A stretch of DNA of 52,894 nucleotides, taken from positions 1-52,894 of IMG/VR virus record IMGVR_UViG_3300049780_000032; one strand, given 5' to 3'. The stretch is from a virus (taxonomy: Duplodnaviria; Caudoviricetes). The notes under the pieces are model-generated. The model worked only from the letters and a program-made list of their open reading frames with translations. It was not told the origin of the DNA and did not search any database. Positions 18,297 to 27,878 of the stretch are shown here, piece by piece (within the stretch, counting starts at the first letter, position 1; the number at the start of each line of letters is the position of its first letter). The translations under genes and the position numbers were made by a program.

Positions 18297-19642
18297 GACA
18301 GGCCTTTCGTCGGGCTCCACGCCATGTCCACGAACCGCGAATAGTGCAGCTGGTGCGCCACCGTGATCGTCGCTGTGGGACCGTTCCGGTTCTTCGCCAC
18401 GATCAGGTCGGCTTCGCCCGCCCTCGCCGACTCCTTGTCGAGCGCGTCCTCCCGATGCAGCAGGATGATCACGTCGGCGTCCTGCTCGATGGCGCCCGAC
18501 TCGCGCAGATCCGACGGCTGCGGGCGCCCGCCCGTACGCTTCTCCACCTCCCGATTCAACTGGCTGAGCAGCACGATCGGCATCTCGAACTCGCCCGCCA
18601 TCAGCTTCAGTCCGCGCGTCAGGAGGGCGACCTCCTGCTCCCGGTTCGGCGCCTTCGGCGGCGTCATCAGCTGCAGATAGTCGATCACCGCAATGGCGGC
18701 CCCGCCCTGCCGGGACAGGCTCCGCAGCGTCGACCTGACGTGCTCCAAACTGCAGCCCGACCGGTCGTCGATGATCAGCGGCGCGCCGGAGATGCGGGAC
18801 GCTGCGTCCACCAGCCGCTCCAGGTCGACCTCGCCCACCTGGTTGCCGCGGATCGCGTGCAGGCCGACCCCGGACTCCGCCGACGACATGCGCTGCAGCA
18901 CCTCGCGGCGGCGCATCTCCATCGTGAACATCGCCGCGAGCTTGCCGTCCCGGATGGCCGCCTTGCGCAGGAAATCCACGGCCAACGTTGATTTGCCGAC
19001 CGACTGCCGCGCCCCCACCACGATGAGCTGGCCGGGCGCGAACGTGCCCAACAGGTGCGCCAGGTCCTGGAACGGCGGGATCACCCCGGCGGGCGCGGGC
19101 GGCGGATTCTCCAAGTCGTCCAGCAGCGCCGCCATCTCGCCGGCGACGTCGAAGTCCACCAGGTCGCCGGGCTTGACCGCCGCCTCATCGATCAGCTTGC
19201 GGATCAGGTCGGGGTCGGCCTCGTCGTCCCAGTCGTCGGCCTCCGTCACCTGCTGGCCGCGCTGGCAGGCCAGGTTGAGGCGTCGGCGCCGGGCGTCGGC
19301 CGCCACATGGCGGGCGTGGTAGGCGACGTTGCTGGGCACGGCGGCGTGCTGCATCAGCGTGTGCAGGTACGGGCCGGCGCCGACCCGCTCCAGGTTGCCG
19401 TCGGCGGCCAGCACGCCGAGCACGGCGGCCGGGTCGACCGGCTTGCCGTCGTCGGCCAGGGCGAGCGCCGCGGCGTAGACGATCCCGGCCGGGCTGTAGA
19501 AGTCGGCGGCGGCCACGCAGGCGGCGGCCTCCTCGGCGACGCCGCGGGCCTGGATCGCGGCCCCGGCCACGGACATCTCGGCGGCCACGATCCCTGGCGA
19601 CGGGCGCCAGTCGCGGGCGCCGGTTTCCATGTCGGTGCTCAT
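18293..19642 (-). CDS. dnaB: Replicative DNA helicase, DnaB family
   Basis: GARQSVGKS, IDYLQL, LSQLNR, DLRESGAIEQDAD, KNRNGP. Confidence 0.96.
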   Translation of the reverse strand: MSTDMETGARDWRPSPGIVAAEMSVAGAAIQARGVAEEAAACVAAADFYSPAGIVYAAALALADDGKPVDPAAVLGVLAADGNLERVGAGPYLHTLMQHAAVPSNVAYHARHVAADARRRRLNLACQRGQQVTEADDWDDEADPDLIRKLIDEAAVKPGDLVDFDVAGEMAALLDDLENPPPAPAGVIPPFQDLAHLLGTFAPGQLIVVGARQSVGKSTLAVDFLRKAAIRDGKLAAMFTMEMRRREVLQRMSSAESGVGLHAIRGNQVGEVDLERLVDAASRISGAPLIIDDRSGCSLEHVRSTLRSLSRQGGAAIAVIDYLQLMTPPKAPNREQEVALLTRGLKLMAGEFEMPIVLLSQLNREVEKRTGGRPQPSDLRESGAIEQDADVIILLHREDALDKESARAGEADLIVAKNRNGPTATITVAHQLHYSRFVDMAWSPTKGLS

Positions 19643-20193
19643 GCGGTCCTCCGGCGGTCGGCGCCCGCCATCTGCACGATGGTGACGCGGTGGGACAGGC
19701 GTGAGGCGGTGCGCTCCCCGACGAGGGTGCGCAGGTCCAGCTGGTTACTGGTGAGCACGGTTGGGCGCTGGTCCTCCCACCGCGGGTCGAGCAGGGCTCC
19801 CATCTGGTCGGAGTCCCAGTCGCCGATCCGCACCGAGCCGACGTCGTCGATGGCGAGCAGCCCGGCGGCGGCGAGTCGGCCGAGGGCTGCCCAGTCGACG
19901 GGCGGGGTGATGAGCCGCTGCAGTCGGCGGGCGGGGACGATCTCGACGCGGCCCCGGTATCCGGCGGAGACCATGCGCTCGGCGAGCGCCCACAGCGACC
20001 AGGACTTGCCGACGCCGATGTTGCCGACCAGCACGAAGTTGCCGTACTCGCCGACGGCGACCTTGTCGGCCCACGCGGCGACGTCGGGATGCAGCCGGCC
20101 GGGCACGTTGTAGGCGGGCGGCCGGGCGGCGCGCAGCCTGGCCAGCCGGTCGCGGGCCTGCTCTACCTGCCACTGCTCGTAGGGGGTGCTCAT
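19639..20193 (-). CDS. DnaC/IstB-like helicase loader ATPase
   Basis: GNIGVGKS Walker A, LAIDDVG, TSN, SRL, GADRR. Confidence 0.9.
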   Translation of the reverse strand: MSTPYEQWQVEQARDRLARLRAARPPAYNVPGRLHPDVAAWADKVAVGEYGNFVLVGNIGVGKSWSLWALAERMVSAGYRGRVEIVPARRLQRLITPPVDWAALGRLAAAGLLAIDDVGSVRIGDWDSDQMGALLDPRWEDQRPTVLTSNQLDLRTLVGERTASRLSHRVTIVQMAGADRRRTA

Positions 20194-21185
20194 AGGATGA
20201 CCTGCCCGTTCGCTATCTCGTCGGCGGTGGGGAGCTTGGCTCGGGATCCCGAGTTGGGGGCGAACCGGCTGCCGCCACCCGGATCCTGGCCGCCACCGGC
20301 GCTCATGCGAAGCAGTTCGCGGCCGAGGTCGGCGAAGCCCTTGCGTCCGGCGGCGGTCGCGGCTTCGATCAGGCGTGCCGGGTCCTTGCCTTCGTCGATG
20401 AGCTCTTTGGCCTGCCGCCCGATCTGGGCGATGAGCCGCCCGGCGGGCCGCCCGCCGCCCGCGGCTTGGGCGCCCTCCACCCACGCGGCGACGACATCGC
20501 CCGCGTTGGGTGGGGAGCTGCCGGAACTGCCGGATTCAACTGCCCGGCGCTGCGTAGCGCCCGCCGTAGGCGGAAGGTCTTTATTCCTTTCCCTTCCTTT
20601 CCTTTCCCCCAGTGAGTCCTCCGTGAGCCCTCCGTGAGGGTTCAGTGAGTCCTCCGTGAGGCCGTTTTGGCTGTTCAGAGCGGGTGTCGCGGGGTCGTCC
20701 GGGCCGGTGGGGACACTGACGAGCCGGACAGCCCGGCGATCGTCGGAATCGGACATTTCACCCTCTTTTGAGGGCTCACGCGGCCACCCCTCAGGGAGCG
20801 TTTGAGCCCTCACTGAGCCCTCACTGAGCCCTCCGTGAGGGCTGGTGGGCGGGTCTGGCGGAGGCGGAATCTTGCTCGGCGACGGCCGGTTGACCCGCTG
20901 ATGCTCATGCCATCCCCGCACCGCGAGATACCGGCGCCCCTCGACCTCGTAGCGGATGATGAGTGCGGCCTGATGGATCGCTTGAAGGTCTCCGTCGACG
21001 TCGGCCGCGGTGCGGTCGTCGAGCGGCCACAGAGCTGCTTTGATCAGCCGCGCATCATCGACACAGCGGCCCTCGTCGTCGCATTGGGTCCACAGTCCGA
21101 TGAAGGTGAGCCGTGCCGTCAGGTCCAGGTCGGCAATGGACAGGGAGGTGAAGAACTCCGGCTTGATGCTGCGAATGCGGGCCAT
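20190..21185 (-). CDS. Phage replication initiator
   Basis: MARIRSIKPEFF...ARLTFIGLW..CDDEGR N-terminus; internal iteron-like repeats. Confidence 0.85.
   Translation of the reverse strand: MARIRSIKPEFFTSLSIADLDLTARLTFIGLWTQCDDEGRCVDDARLIKAALWPLDDRTAADVDGDLQAIHQAALIIRYEVEGRRYLAVRGWHEHQRVNRPSPSKIPPPPDPPTSPHGGLSEGSVRAQTLPEGWPREPSKEGEMSDSDDRRAVRLVSVPTGPDDPATPALNSQNGLTEDSLNPHGGLTEDSLGERKGRERNKDLPPTAGATQRRAVESGSSGSSPPNAGDVVAAWVEGAQAAGGGRPAGRLIAQIGRQAKELIDEGKDPARLIEAATAAGRKGFADLGRELLRMSAGGGQDPGGGSRFAPNSGSRAKLPTADEIANGQVIL
20610..20843. repeat. 11-bp tandem repeat arrays (putative ori iterons)
   Basis: Five units at 20610-20664 (CAGTGAGTCCT/CCGTGAGCCCT...) and four at 20800-20843 (CACTGAGCCCT...). 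Confidence 0.8.
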
Positions 21186-21676
21186 CAGACGCGCGCCCCC
21201 TTGCTGCTGTTGCAGGACCGGCACAGAGTCCGCAGGTTCTCCTCGGTGTCCGCGCCACCAAGCGACCATGGCCAAACGTGGTCGAGCGTCAGATCGTCGG
21301 CACATCCGCATCTCACGCATTGCCAGTCGTCCCGCCTGTAGATGCGGCGGCGCAGCCATTTCGGGATGTAGCTGCGGCGGCCATCCATTGGTCCCCACTC
21401 GAACAACTCGAACTCGACAAACAGCCAGCCGTCGTCGCAGCACGCCCACAGGTCAGCCTTGACGAGCGTGGCGGCCAGTTCGATGCTCGCCGGCCCGCCG
21501 AACATGCCGACGACATCGTGGGGGACGTGGGCCACGCGGCTGGGATGCCGATGGCGGCTGGCCCACGTCAGGCACAGCGTCCACAGGCCTATGGCGGCCG
21601 CCGCGTTTTCCATGTCGAGGAGGGCGAGCACCTTGGGGTGGTCGTCGAATGCGTCGTCGATGCGTGCCCATGCCAC
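21185..21676 (-). CDS. HNH endonuclease with Rep-like N-terminal domain
   Basis: WARIDDAFDDHPKV N-terminus; CVRC..LTLDHVWPWSLGG...NL..LCRSCNSSKG. Confidence 0.85.
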   Translation of the reverse strand: MAWARIDDAFDDHPKVLALLDMENAAAAIGLWTLCLTWASRHRHPSRVAHVPHDVVGMFGGPASIELAATLVKADLWACCDDGWLFVEFELFEWGPMDGRRSYIPKWLRRRIYRRDDWQCVRCGCADDLTLDHVWPWSLGGADTEENLRTLCRSCNSSKGARV

Positions 21677-21694
21677 GGTTGTGCTCCAAGGGTT

Positions 21695-22246
21695 CTAGTG
21701 GTCGATGCTTGCTCGGAGCGGGGCCTGTATTCGCCGCGGCGAATGCCAGGGCGACGGACTCAGGTCGGCCGACTGGTAGAGCGGGTGGACGGGCTGTCCG
21801 TCACGGGCCATGCGCAGGCATAGCGGTTTGAGCGGCTCCAGGAGGGCGGCCACTCGGTCGCAGCGGCCGTGTAGGCGCGGCCACCGGCCCGTACCCCAGG
21901 CGACCACCACGCGCCCCACTCCGTCCCACCTAGCCAGCCACCCGTCGTTGTCAGGCCCGATCGGATCGTTGGCGGCGGCGAGCTCTGCCGGTTGGGTGGC
22001 GCGGAACGCGAACAGGTTGCGCACAACAATGCCGTCGTAGCCCCACGAGCGGGCGTAGGCGACGCAGCGGCGGATGGTGGGGTCGTCCTGGGTGGCGTCG
22101 GCGGTGGACGGGTTGAGCATCACCCACGCGCACAGCGCGGGCTCGGGGCGGAGTGTCCATGTGCGCCAGAGGTTGTACCGGTAGGGCCCGTCAATGACGG
22201 CGCCCGACGGGTCCAGCCCGAACAGGGTGTCGCTCGGCTCTGTCAC
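21695..22246 (-). CDS. DUF1643 family protein
   Basis: YRY.L.R.W, MLNPSTAD..DDPTIRRC, NLFAFRAT.P, AWG, HPLY. Confidence 0.9.
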   Translation of the reverse strand: MTEPSDTLFGLDPSGAVIDGPYRYNLWRTWTLRPEPALCAWVMLNPSTADATQDDPTIRRCVAYARSWGYDGIVVRNLFAFRATQPAELAAANDPIGPDNDGWLARWDGVGRVVVAWGTGRWPRLHGRCDRVAALLEPLKPLCLRMARDGQPVHPLYQSADLSPSPWHSPRRIQAPLRASIDH

Positions 22247-22428
22247 GGCTTCCTCCGACCGGGCCGGTGGCCGACGTGATGGCAGCCGCAGAACTCGCAG
22301 GCGTACGCCCTGAGGGCGCCGCGGGCTGCGCCTTGCTCCACGAGCCTCTTGACGACGGCTAGGGCTATTTCCCGGGTGCTGTAGCCGCGCTTGCCGTCGC
22401 ACTTGCGGCCCTTCGTCTCGGTGCTCAC
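22243..22428 (-). CDS. Small Zn-ribbon protein
   Basis: C.GKR.Y...RAYACEFCGCHHVGH. Confidence 0.7.
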   Translation of the reverse strand: MSTETKGRKCDGKRGYSTREIALAVVKRLVEQGAARGALRAYACEFCGCHHVGHRPGRRKP

Positions 22429-22724
22429 GGCGCCTCGCTCAGCAGGTCGGTGTCGATGGCGAGCACCAGCCCGGGGCCGAGCTTGACGAGCAGCCGCCCC
22501 TCCTGGTGGGCGCGGGCGGCCTGCGCGGCGGCTTCGACGGCGAGGCCCGCCCGGGTGAGGCGCCGCATCAGGTCGGCGATTTGCAGTTCCGCCTGGGGCC
22601 AGACGCGGGCGTTGCCGGTGCCGCCGGGCGCGCTGGGGCGGAGCCAGCCGCGCCGGCTCCAATGGTCGATCTGGCGGTAGGTGAGGCCCCGCTTGAGCAC
22701 CTGGTCGAGGGTGAGCGGCTTCAT
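22425..22724 (-). CDS. MerR-family HTH protein
   Basis: 'GLTYRQIDHWSRRGWLRPS..GGTGNARVW'. Confidence 0.8.
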   Translation of the reverse strand: MKPLTLDQVLKRGLTYRQIDHWSRRGWLRPSAPGGTGNARVWPQAELQIADLMRRLTRAGLAVEAAAQAARAHQEGRLLVKLGPGLVLAIDTDLLSEAP

Positions 22725-25231
22725 GAGGCGAGCTCGTCCAGGTCGAACAGCGTCGGCATGGCCACCTCCGCGGCCGCGGCCACCACGTACGCCACGCCGT
22801 CGCGGAAGTAGTCGGCGTTCAACTCCACGGCGAGGCCCCGGCGGCGCGCCTTGACCGCGCAGTACGGCACCGTCATCAGCCCGCCGAACGGGTCGAACAC
22901 GAGCTCGCCCTCCATTGAGAACTGGGCGATGAGCCGCTCGACGATGTCGAACTGGAGCGGGCACAGGTGGAACTGCTGGCCCTTACGCTCCTGCATCATG
23001 TTGAGCGTCCGCATCCGGGCGACGTCCGTCCACACGTCCGGATGCCACGACGGCGGCTGCAGCAGCATGAACCCGGACGGCAGCTGCCGGGCCGCCTCGA
23101 GTGCTTCGCCGGCGACGACGTGCGCCTCGTAGTCGTAGACGTGGGTGAGGTTGTAGTCACGGAACAGTCGGAACACCTCGTCGGCGGGCAGGCCCACGAG
23201 GTCCTGGGGCGTGAGCGGCCTGTCGCCGTTGGAGCGGGCGAATCCGTGGGCGTCGACCTGCCAGCGGGCCCGCGTGAACGCGTCCTTCGATTTGACGACG
23301 GGCAGGTCGGCGTAGCCGTTGGAGGCGTCGGTGGGCGGCTTGCGGAACAGCAGCACATACTCGGGCAGCCCGGCGCCCATCTTGCTGCCGTCCTTGCACT
23401 GTTCGGTCCAGCCGAGCCGGTAGGTCTGGTTGTTCTCCCGCACGACGTCGGTGACGATCGTCTTCATGCCGAGGAACGCGAAGCCGTGCCCGGTGTAGTG
23501 GGTGATCGCTTCGGCGTGGAACGGCTGCACGGTCTGGAAGCCGAGCCCAGTCATGCCGCCCGGGACGATCCGGTCCTTGACGTGGACGGCGGCGACCCGG
23601 CCGGGCTGCAGGACACGCAGCAAGTGCGGGGTGAGGTAGTCCATCTGCGCCCAGAAGTGGGCGTTGTCGTCGGTGTGGCCGAAGTCGTTGTAGGAGGGCG
23701 TGTACTCGTACTGGGTGGCGAACGGGATGCTGGTGACGATCAGGCCGACGCTGTCGGATTCCAGCGTCTCCGCCTCCAGCACGGCGTCGTTGTTGACGAG
23801 CCGGTACCGATCGCCGGTGACCTCCTGTCGTGCGACGCCGATCGACCGGTGCAGGCTGCGTGACATGGCCTCATGTGACAGGCCGTATTCGCGGATGATC
23901 CGGCCCATGCCGGAGACGAGCTCTTCGTGCTGGGCCCACTTGCGTTCGAGCTGCTTGCGGATGTCACGCTCGGCTTCGGTGTAGATGAGGTCGATGCGGA
24001 CCGGCTCGCCCTGCAGGAACCGGTGGATGCGGTGGATGGCCTGGATGAAGTCGGCGAATTTGAACCCGATGCCGAGGAATACGGCGCGGTGGCAGTGCCG
24101 CTGGAAGTTGCACCCGGACCCGGCGATGACAGGCTTGGTGGCCAGGATGCGGATCTCTCCGTCGGAGAAGGCGAGGATGCGCCGCTCGCGTTCGTCGAGG
24201 TCCTGGGATCCCCACACGGTGGTCGCGTCGGGGACGGCGGCTTCGATGGCGCGCCGCTCGTCCTCGAGGTCGTGCCACAGCAGGAAGTGCTCGCCGGGCG
24301 ACTCGGTGACGAGCTCGCGCATCTTGGCGACCCGGGCGTCGAGGCTGGAGCGCTTCTCGCGGGCGGCGTCCTGCACGCCGACGGCGGCGTTGGCGAACAG
24401 GGCGGCGCGGCCGCTGCGGTCCACCACCCCTTCGGCCGGCATCTCGGACGGGAGCTCGTGCCAGCGCACGTCGAGCGGCGGCAGCTCATAGCCGTCGTCG
24501 GGGTGGCCCAGATCGGACGGCTTCTGAAGAAACATCGCCCAGGAGGCAACCCACAGCCAGAACTGGCGTTCCATGTGCGGCAGCAGCGTCAGCTTGTCGG
24601 CCTTGGTGGAGTCGCGTTTGAAGAAGCGGGTCTTGGCCTGCCCGACATCCATCACGTCGAGGAACGCCGCGTAGGCGAGCAGCTCGATGTATTCGTTCGG
24701 GCTGGGCGTAGCCGTGGCCACGAACCGGTAGTTGTCGCTGCCCTCGTACAGTTTCATGAACTCGCGGAACGTCTTGGTGCCGCCGAAACCGCGCAGGACC
24801 GCCGCCTCGTCGAGGGACACGACGTCGAAGGCCCGCGGGTCAAGCTTGCCGTCCCGGACGGTCTCGTAGTTGGTGAGGTAGATGCCGTCGTCCGAGGCCT
24901 CGCTCTCGCGGCGGATGAACGTCGGCGTCAGCCCGATCAGCGCAGCGTCCCGGACGAACTCCTGCCGCACGCCGAGCGGGCAGACGATCAGCGCGCGGCC
25001 GCGGCCCAGCTTGGCCAGCACCAGCCGGACGATTTCGAGCTGGATGAGGGTTTTGCCGAGCCCGAACGAGGCGAACACGGCACGCCGGCCGCCGCGCACG
25101 GCCCACACGACGGTGTCGCGCTGGTGCGGCTTGAGCAGCGGGTGAACCTCGGACGGGCCGCAGTCGAGGCCGCTCTCGACTGCGAGCGAGGCCTTGGCCT
25201 GAAGGAACTCGGTGTAGACGGGGGCGGTCAC
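22721..25231 (-). CDS. SNF2-like helicase fused to N4/N6 DNA methyltransferase
   Basis: GLGKT, LDEA, TATP, QAIHRIHRF helicase motifs; TSIPF and FDPFGG MTase motifs. Confidence 0.9.
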   Translation of the reverse strand: MTAPVYTEFLQAKASLAVESGLDCGPSEVHPLLKPHQRDTVVWAVRGGRRAVFASFGLGKTLIQLEIVRLVLAKLGRGRALIVCPLGVRQEFVRDAALIGLTPTFIRRESEASDDGIYLTNYETVRDGKLDPRAFDVVSLDEAAVLRGFGGTKTFREFMKLYEGSDNYRFVATATPSPNEYIELLAYAAFLDVMDVGQAKTRFFKRDSTKADKLTLLPHMERQFWLWVASWAMFLQKPSDLGHPDDGYELPPLDVRWHELPSEMPAEGVVDRSGRAALFANAAVGVQDAAREKRSSLDARVAKMRELVTESPGEHFLLWHDLEDERRAIEAAVPDATTVWGSQDLDERERRILAFSDGEIRILATKPVIAGSGCNFQRHCHRAVFLGIGFKFADFIQAIHRIHRFLQGEPVRIDLIYTEAERDIRKQLERKWAQHEELVSGMGRIIREYGLSHEAMSRSLHRSIGVARQEVTGDRYRLVNNDAVLEAETLESDSVGLIVTSIPFATQYEYTPSYNDFGHTDDNAHFWAQMDYLTPHLLRVLQPGRVAAVHVKDRIVPGGMTGLGFQTVQPFHAEAITHYTGHGFAFLGMKTIVTDVVRENNQTYRLGWTEQCKDGSKMGAGLPEYVLLFRKPPTDASNGYADLPVVKSKDAFTRARWQVDAHGFARSNGDRPLTPQDLVGLPADEVFRLFRDYNLTHVYDYEAHVVAGEALEAARQLPSGFMLLQPPSWHPDVWTDVARMRTLNMMQERKGQQFHLCPLQFDIVERLIAQFSMEGELVFDPFGGLMTVPYCAVKARRRGLAVELNADYFRDGVAYVVAAAAEVAMPTLFDLDELAS

Positions 25232-25437
25232 GTGATCCTCCGGAGGCCTCGGAACGGGCGGACGACGACGCGGCCGTCGGGGTAGCGCACGGCGACGTTG
25301 CGGGGTGCACCGGCTGGCGGGGTGACCCAGGTGAGCCACGCTGGCGCGGTCGGGAGCGGGTTCCGCTTGGACGGCAGAACGAACCTGCAGACGACCTCGA
25401 CCTGCTGGCCGCGCAGCATGTAGCGGCGGCCGGTCAC
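25228..25437 (-). CDS. Hypothetical protein
   Basis: GTGA-coupled at both ends; 'PRNVAVRYPDG..VVRPFRGLR'. Confidence 0.65.
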   Translation of the reverse strand: MTGRRYMLRGQQVEVVCRFVLPSKRNPLPTAPAWLTWVTPPAGAPRNVAVRYPDGRVVVRPFRGLRRIT

Positions 25438-26519
25438 GTGGTCCTCAACGACATGAGCAGCTGCTTGTAGGCGCCGTCCTCGCTGGAGAACAGGGCGGGC
25501 TTGTGTGTGGCTTCCATGCCGATGCGGGCCCGGCCGTCGAGGGCGCCGAGCGCGTCGAGCAGGAACTGCGACTGGAACGCGATCTCGATGGGGTCGCCGG
25601 CCAGCTCGCACGGCGCGGCGTCGTGGGCGCGCCCGACGTCACCGCCGCCCGCCCTGATCAGCACCTCGCCGGGGCTGAAGGCGAGGTGCACGGCGGTGTT
25701 CTTCTCGGCGACCAGCGCCACCCGCTTGACCGCTCCGGCCAAGGCGGCGGCGTCGACGGTGGCTACGGTCGGCATTTCGACGTCGACGCGGGCCCGGTAG
25801 TTGATGAACTGTTCGTCGATCAGTCGGACGGTGTACTGCCGGGTGGCGGTGGTGGCGGCGGCCAGCTTGTCGTCGAACGCGAGCGTGATCGGGCCCGATC
25901 CGAGGCCTCGGGTGAGGTCTTGCAGAACTTTGCCGGGCACGAGCTGGCCGAGGATGGTCTCCGCGGCGGGCTGCCAGGGCAGGTCGCGGACGGCGATCCG
26001 GTACCGGTCGGTGGCGGCCAGCGTGAGCCGGTCGCCGTCGGCGTCGACGCGCACGCCGATCAGCGCGGGCAGCGTGTCGTCGCGTGCGGTGGCGATGGCG
26101 ACCTGCTCGACGGCGTGCGCGAACAGTGCCCCGTCGACGGTTCCGGCCGCGGGCGGCGGCTCGGGCAGGTGGGGGTAGTCCTCGACGGGCAGCGTGGTGA
26201 GCGCGAACTCGGAGCGGCCGCACGTGATGACGCACTCCCGGTCGGTGGCGGCGACGTCGGCGAAAAGGTCGCAGGGCAGGCTTTTGGCGACTTCGGCGAG
26301 TAGCCGCCCGGGCACCAGCACGCGGCCGGGTTCGGCGACGTCGGCGGCGACGGTGCCGCGGTGGGAGGTGTCGTAGTCGAACGCGGACACGGTGACCTGG
26401 TCGCCGTCGGCGTGCAGGAGGAGCCCGGACAGGACGGGGACGACGGGCCGCTGCGGGAGGGCGCGCGCGGCGGAGGCGATGGTGTCGGCCAGCAGTTTCG
26501 GGTCGATGGTGAACTTCAT
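25434..26519 (-). CDS. dnaN: DNA polymerase III beta sliding clamp (phage copy)
   Basis: MKF...RPVVPVLSGLLL, AFDYD, LPVEDYP.LP, AATDRYR, IAF...LLDAL. Confidence 0.93.
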   Translation of the reverse strand: MKFTIDPKLLADTIASAARALPQRPVVPVLSGLLLHADGDQVTVSAFDYDTSHRGTVAADVAEPGRVLVPGRLLAEVAKSLPCDLFADVAATDRECVITCGRSEFALTTLPVEDYPHLPEPPPAAGTVDGALFAHAVEQVAIATARDDTLPALIGVRVDADGDRLTLAATDRYRIAVRDLPWQPAAETILGQLVPGKVLQDLTRGLGSGPITLAFDDKLAAATTATRQYTVRLIDEQFINYRARVDVEMPTVATVDAAALAGAVKRVALVAEKNTAVHLAFSPGEVLIRAGGGDVGRAHDAAPCELAGDPIEIAFQSQFLLDALGALDGRARIGMEATHKPALFSSEDGAYKQLLMSLRTT

Positions 26520-26794
26520 TCGTCGTCGTCCCATTCGTCGTCGTCGCCGAACACTGCGGCGTGCAGTTGGGGGTCGTAGCGCAGGAGGCAGGACTCGCAC
26601 ATCGGCCCCTTGCGCGGGTCAAGCCAGCCAGCGCCTTCCTGGGGCTCGGGGCGGATGCGCAGCAGGTCCTCGCAGTCCGCATAGATGTGGCCGACGAAGT
26701 GCCCCTTGCCTGCCCTGAAGGGGATCTCGCCGGGATACCAGGGCCGGATCCAGTACGCGGTGTCGGGCAGCGTCGTCGTCTCGGTGGTGGCCAT
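26516..26794 (-). CDS. Hypothetical protein
   Basis: Coupled ORF, His/Cys cluster, acidic tail. Confidence 0.6.
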   Translation of the reverse strand: MATTETTTLPDTAYWIRPWYPGEIPFRAGKGHFVGHIYADCEDLLRIRPEPQEGAGWLDPRKGPMCESCLLRYDPQLHAAVFGDDDEWDDDE

Positions 26795-27111
26795 CAGAAC
26801 GGCCCCTCGTCGTCGGTCAGCTCACCGCGGCCAGGGACGGGCAGGGTCGCCATCTCCCATCGGGACACGGGCGCGGGCCGCAGCAGCGCAGCCGCCCGCC
26901 TGGCCATCGCCTCCGTCGTCGGCGTGATCGCGTACACGGAGTTGGGGGCGTAGTACTGGGTCATGGTCGGCTGCTCGTCGTCGGCGCCGGGGATGTCGAT
27001 GCGCAGGAACGGGGCGCCGCCGACGGTGGCTTCACTCAGGTGGCCGGCGAGGCGCCGGTGTCCGAGCAGTTCGAGGAACACCCAGCCGTTGATCGTGCTT
27101 TCGCTGGTCAT
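26794..27111 (-). CDS. Conserved phage hypothetical protein
   Basis: 'W..LELLGHRRLAG...FLRIDIP...YAITP.TE..AR'. Confidence 0.7.
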   Translation of the reverse strand: MTSESTINGWVFLELLGHRRLAGHLSEATVGGAPFLRIDIPGADDEQPTMTQYYAPNSVYAITPTTEAMARRAAALLRPAPVSRWEMATLPVPGRGELTDDEGPF

Positions 27112-27878
27112 GCTGCCGCCTTCCTGGTGAGGGCTTTGCGTTCGTTGGGGGTGGTGGCGCCCCAGATGCCGTACGTCAGCTCGCCGTGATCGAGCGCGTA
27201 CCGCAGGCATGCCGCCCGGAGCGGGCAGCCGCGGCACACGCGCTTGGCCTGCTCGACCTGGTCGGCGGACGCCGGACCGTACGTGAGCGGGTAGAACAGC
27301 TCCCGGTCCAGGTCCTGGCAGGCGGTGTGCTCGCCTGGCAGCCCGTGCCCGGCCTGCGCCGCCGCGCGCACGGTGCGGGGGGCCGGGTTCACCTTCTTCG
27401 GCTGCTTGTCGCGCAGCCGTGCCCTGTCGCCAGCGGGTGTGCCGGTGCCGGGGCAGCGCGTGCCGTCGTTGAGCGGCTGCTTGGATTCGCGCGGGTGGGA
27501 GATGAACGTCCCGTCGGTGCGGAGCTGGATGGTCGGCCGCCCGCACACGGGGCAGGCGGCGACCATCGGCCGGCGCTCGCCCTTGTCGGTGTAGCTGGTG
27601 GCGGTGACGGCGTCGCCGAGCCCGAGCATGTCGAGCACCATGTCGAGGTCGGAGTGGGGGGCGCCGAGCCGGTCGGCGGCGTCGCGGAGCTTTTCGGCGG
27701 CGGCGGCCCGCTGGCTGGGGGTGGTGGTGGCGATGCGCCGCGGCGCGGCGACGTCCAGGCTGGGGCTTTTGGCCTTGCCGCGCCGCTGCTTCCGCATGAT
27801 GGCGTCGTTGACGACGCGCTCCTGCTGGAGCATCCATTCGGCGTCGTGGTCGCGGCTGTGGTGGCGGAGCTCGCTCAT
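27108..27878 (-). CDS. WhiB-family transcription factor with long N-terminal extension
   Basis: C-terminal AC...D.ELFYP...AKRVCRGCP...C...GIWG.TTPNER. Confidence 0.88.
   Translation of the reverse strand: MSELRHHSRDHDAEWMLQQERVVNDAIMRKQRRGKAKSPSLDVAAPRRIATTTPSQRAAAAEKLRDAADRLGAPHSDLDMVLDMLGLGDAVTATSYTDKGERRPMVAACPVCGRPTIQLRTDGTFISHPRESKQPLNDGTRCPGTGTPAGDRARLRDKQPKKVNPAPRTVRAAAQAGHGLPGEHTACQDLDRELFYPLTYGPASADQVEQAKRVCRGCPLRAACLRYALDHGELTYGIWGATTPNERKALTRKAAA

Noticed and set aside
20610-20843. CRISPR-like array
   Set aside because: 11-bp tandem units with no spacers, inside a CDS; no cas genes
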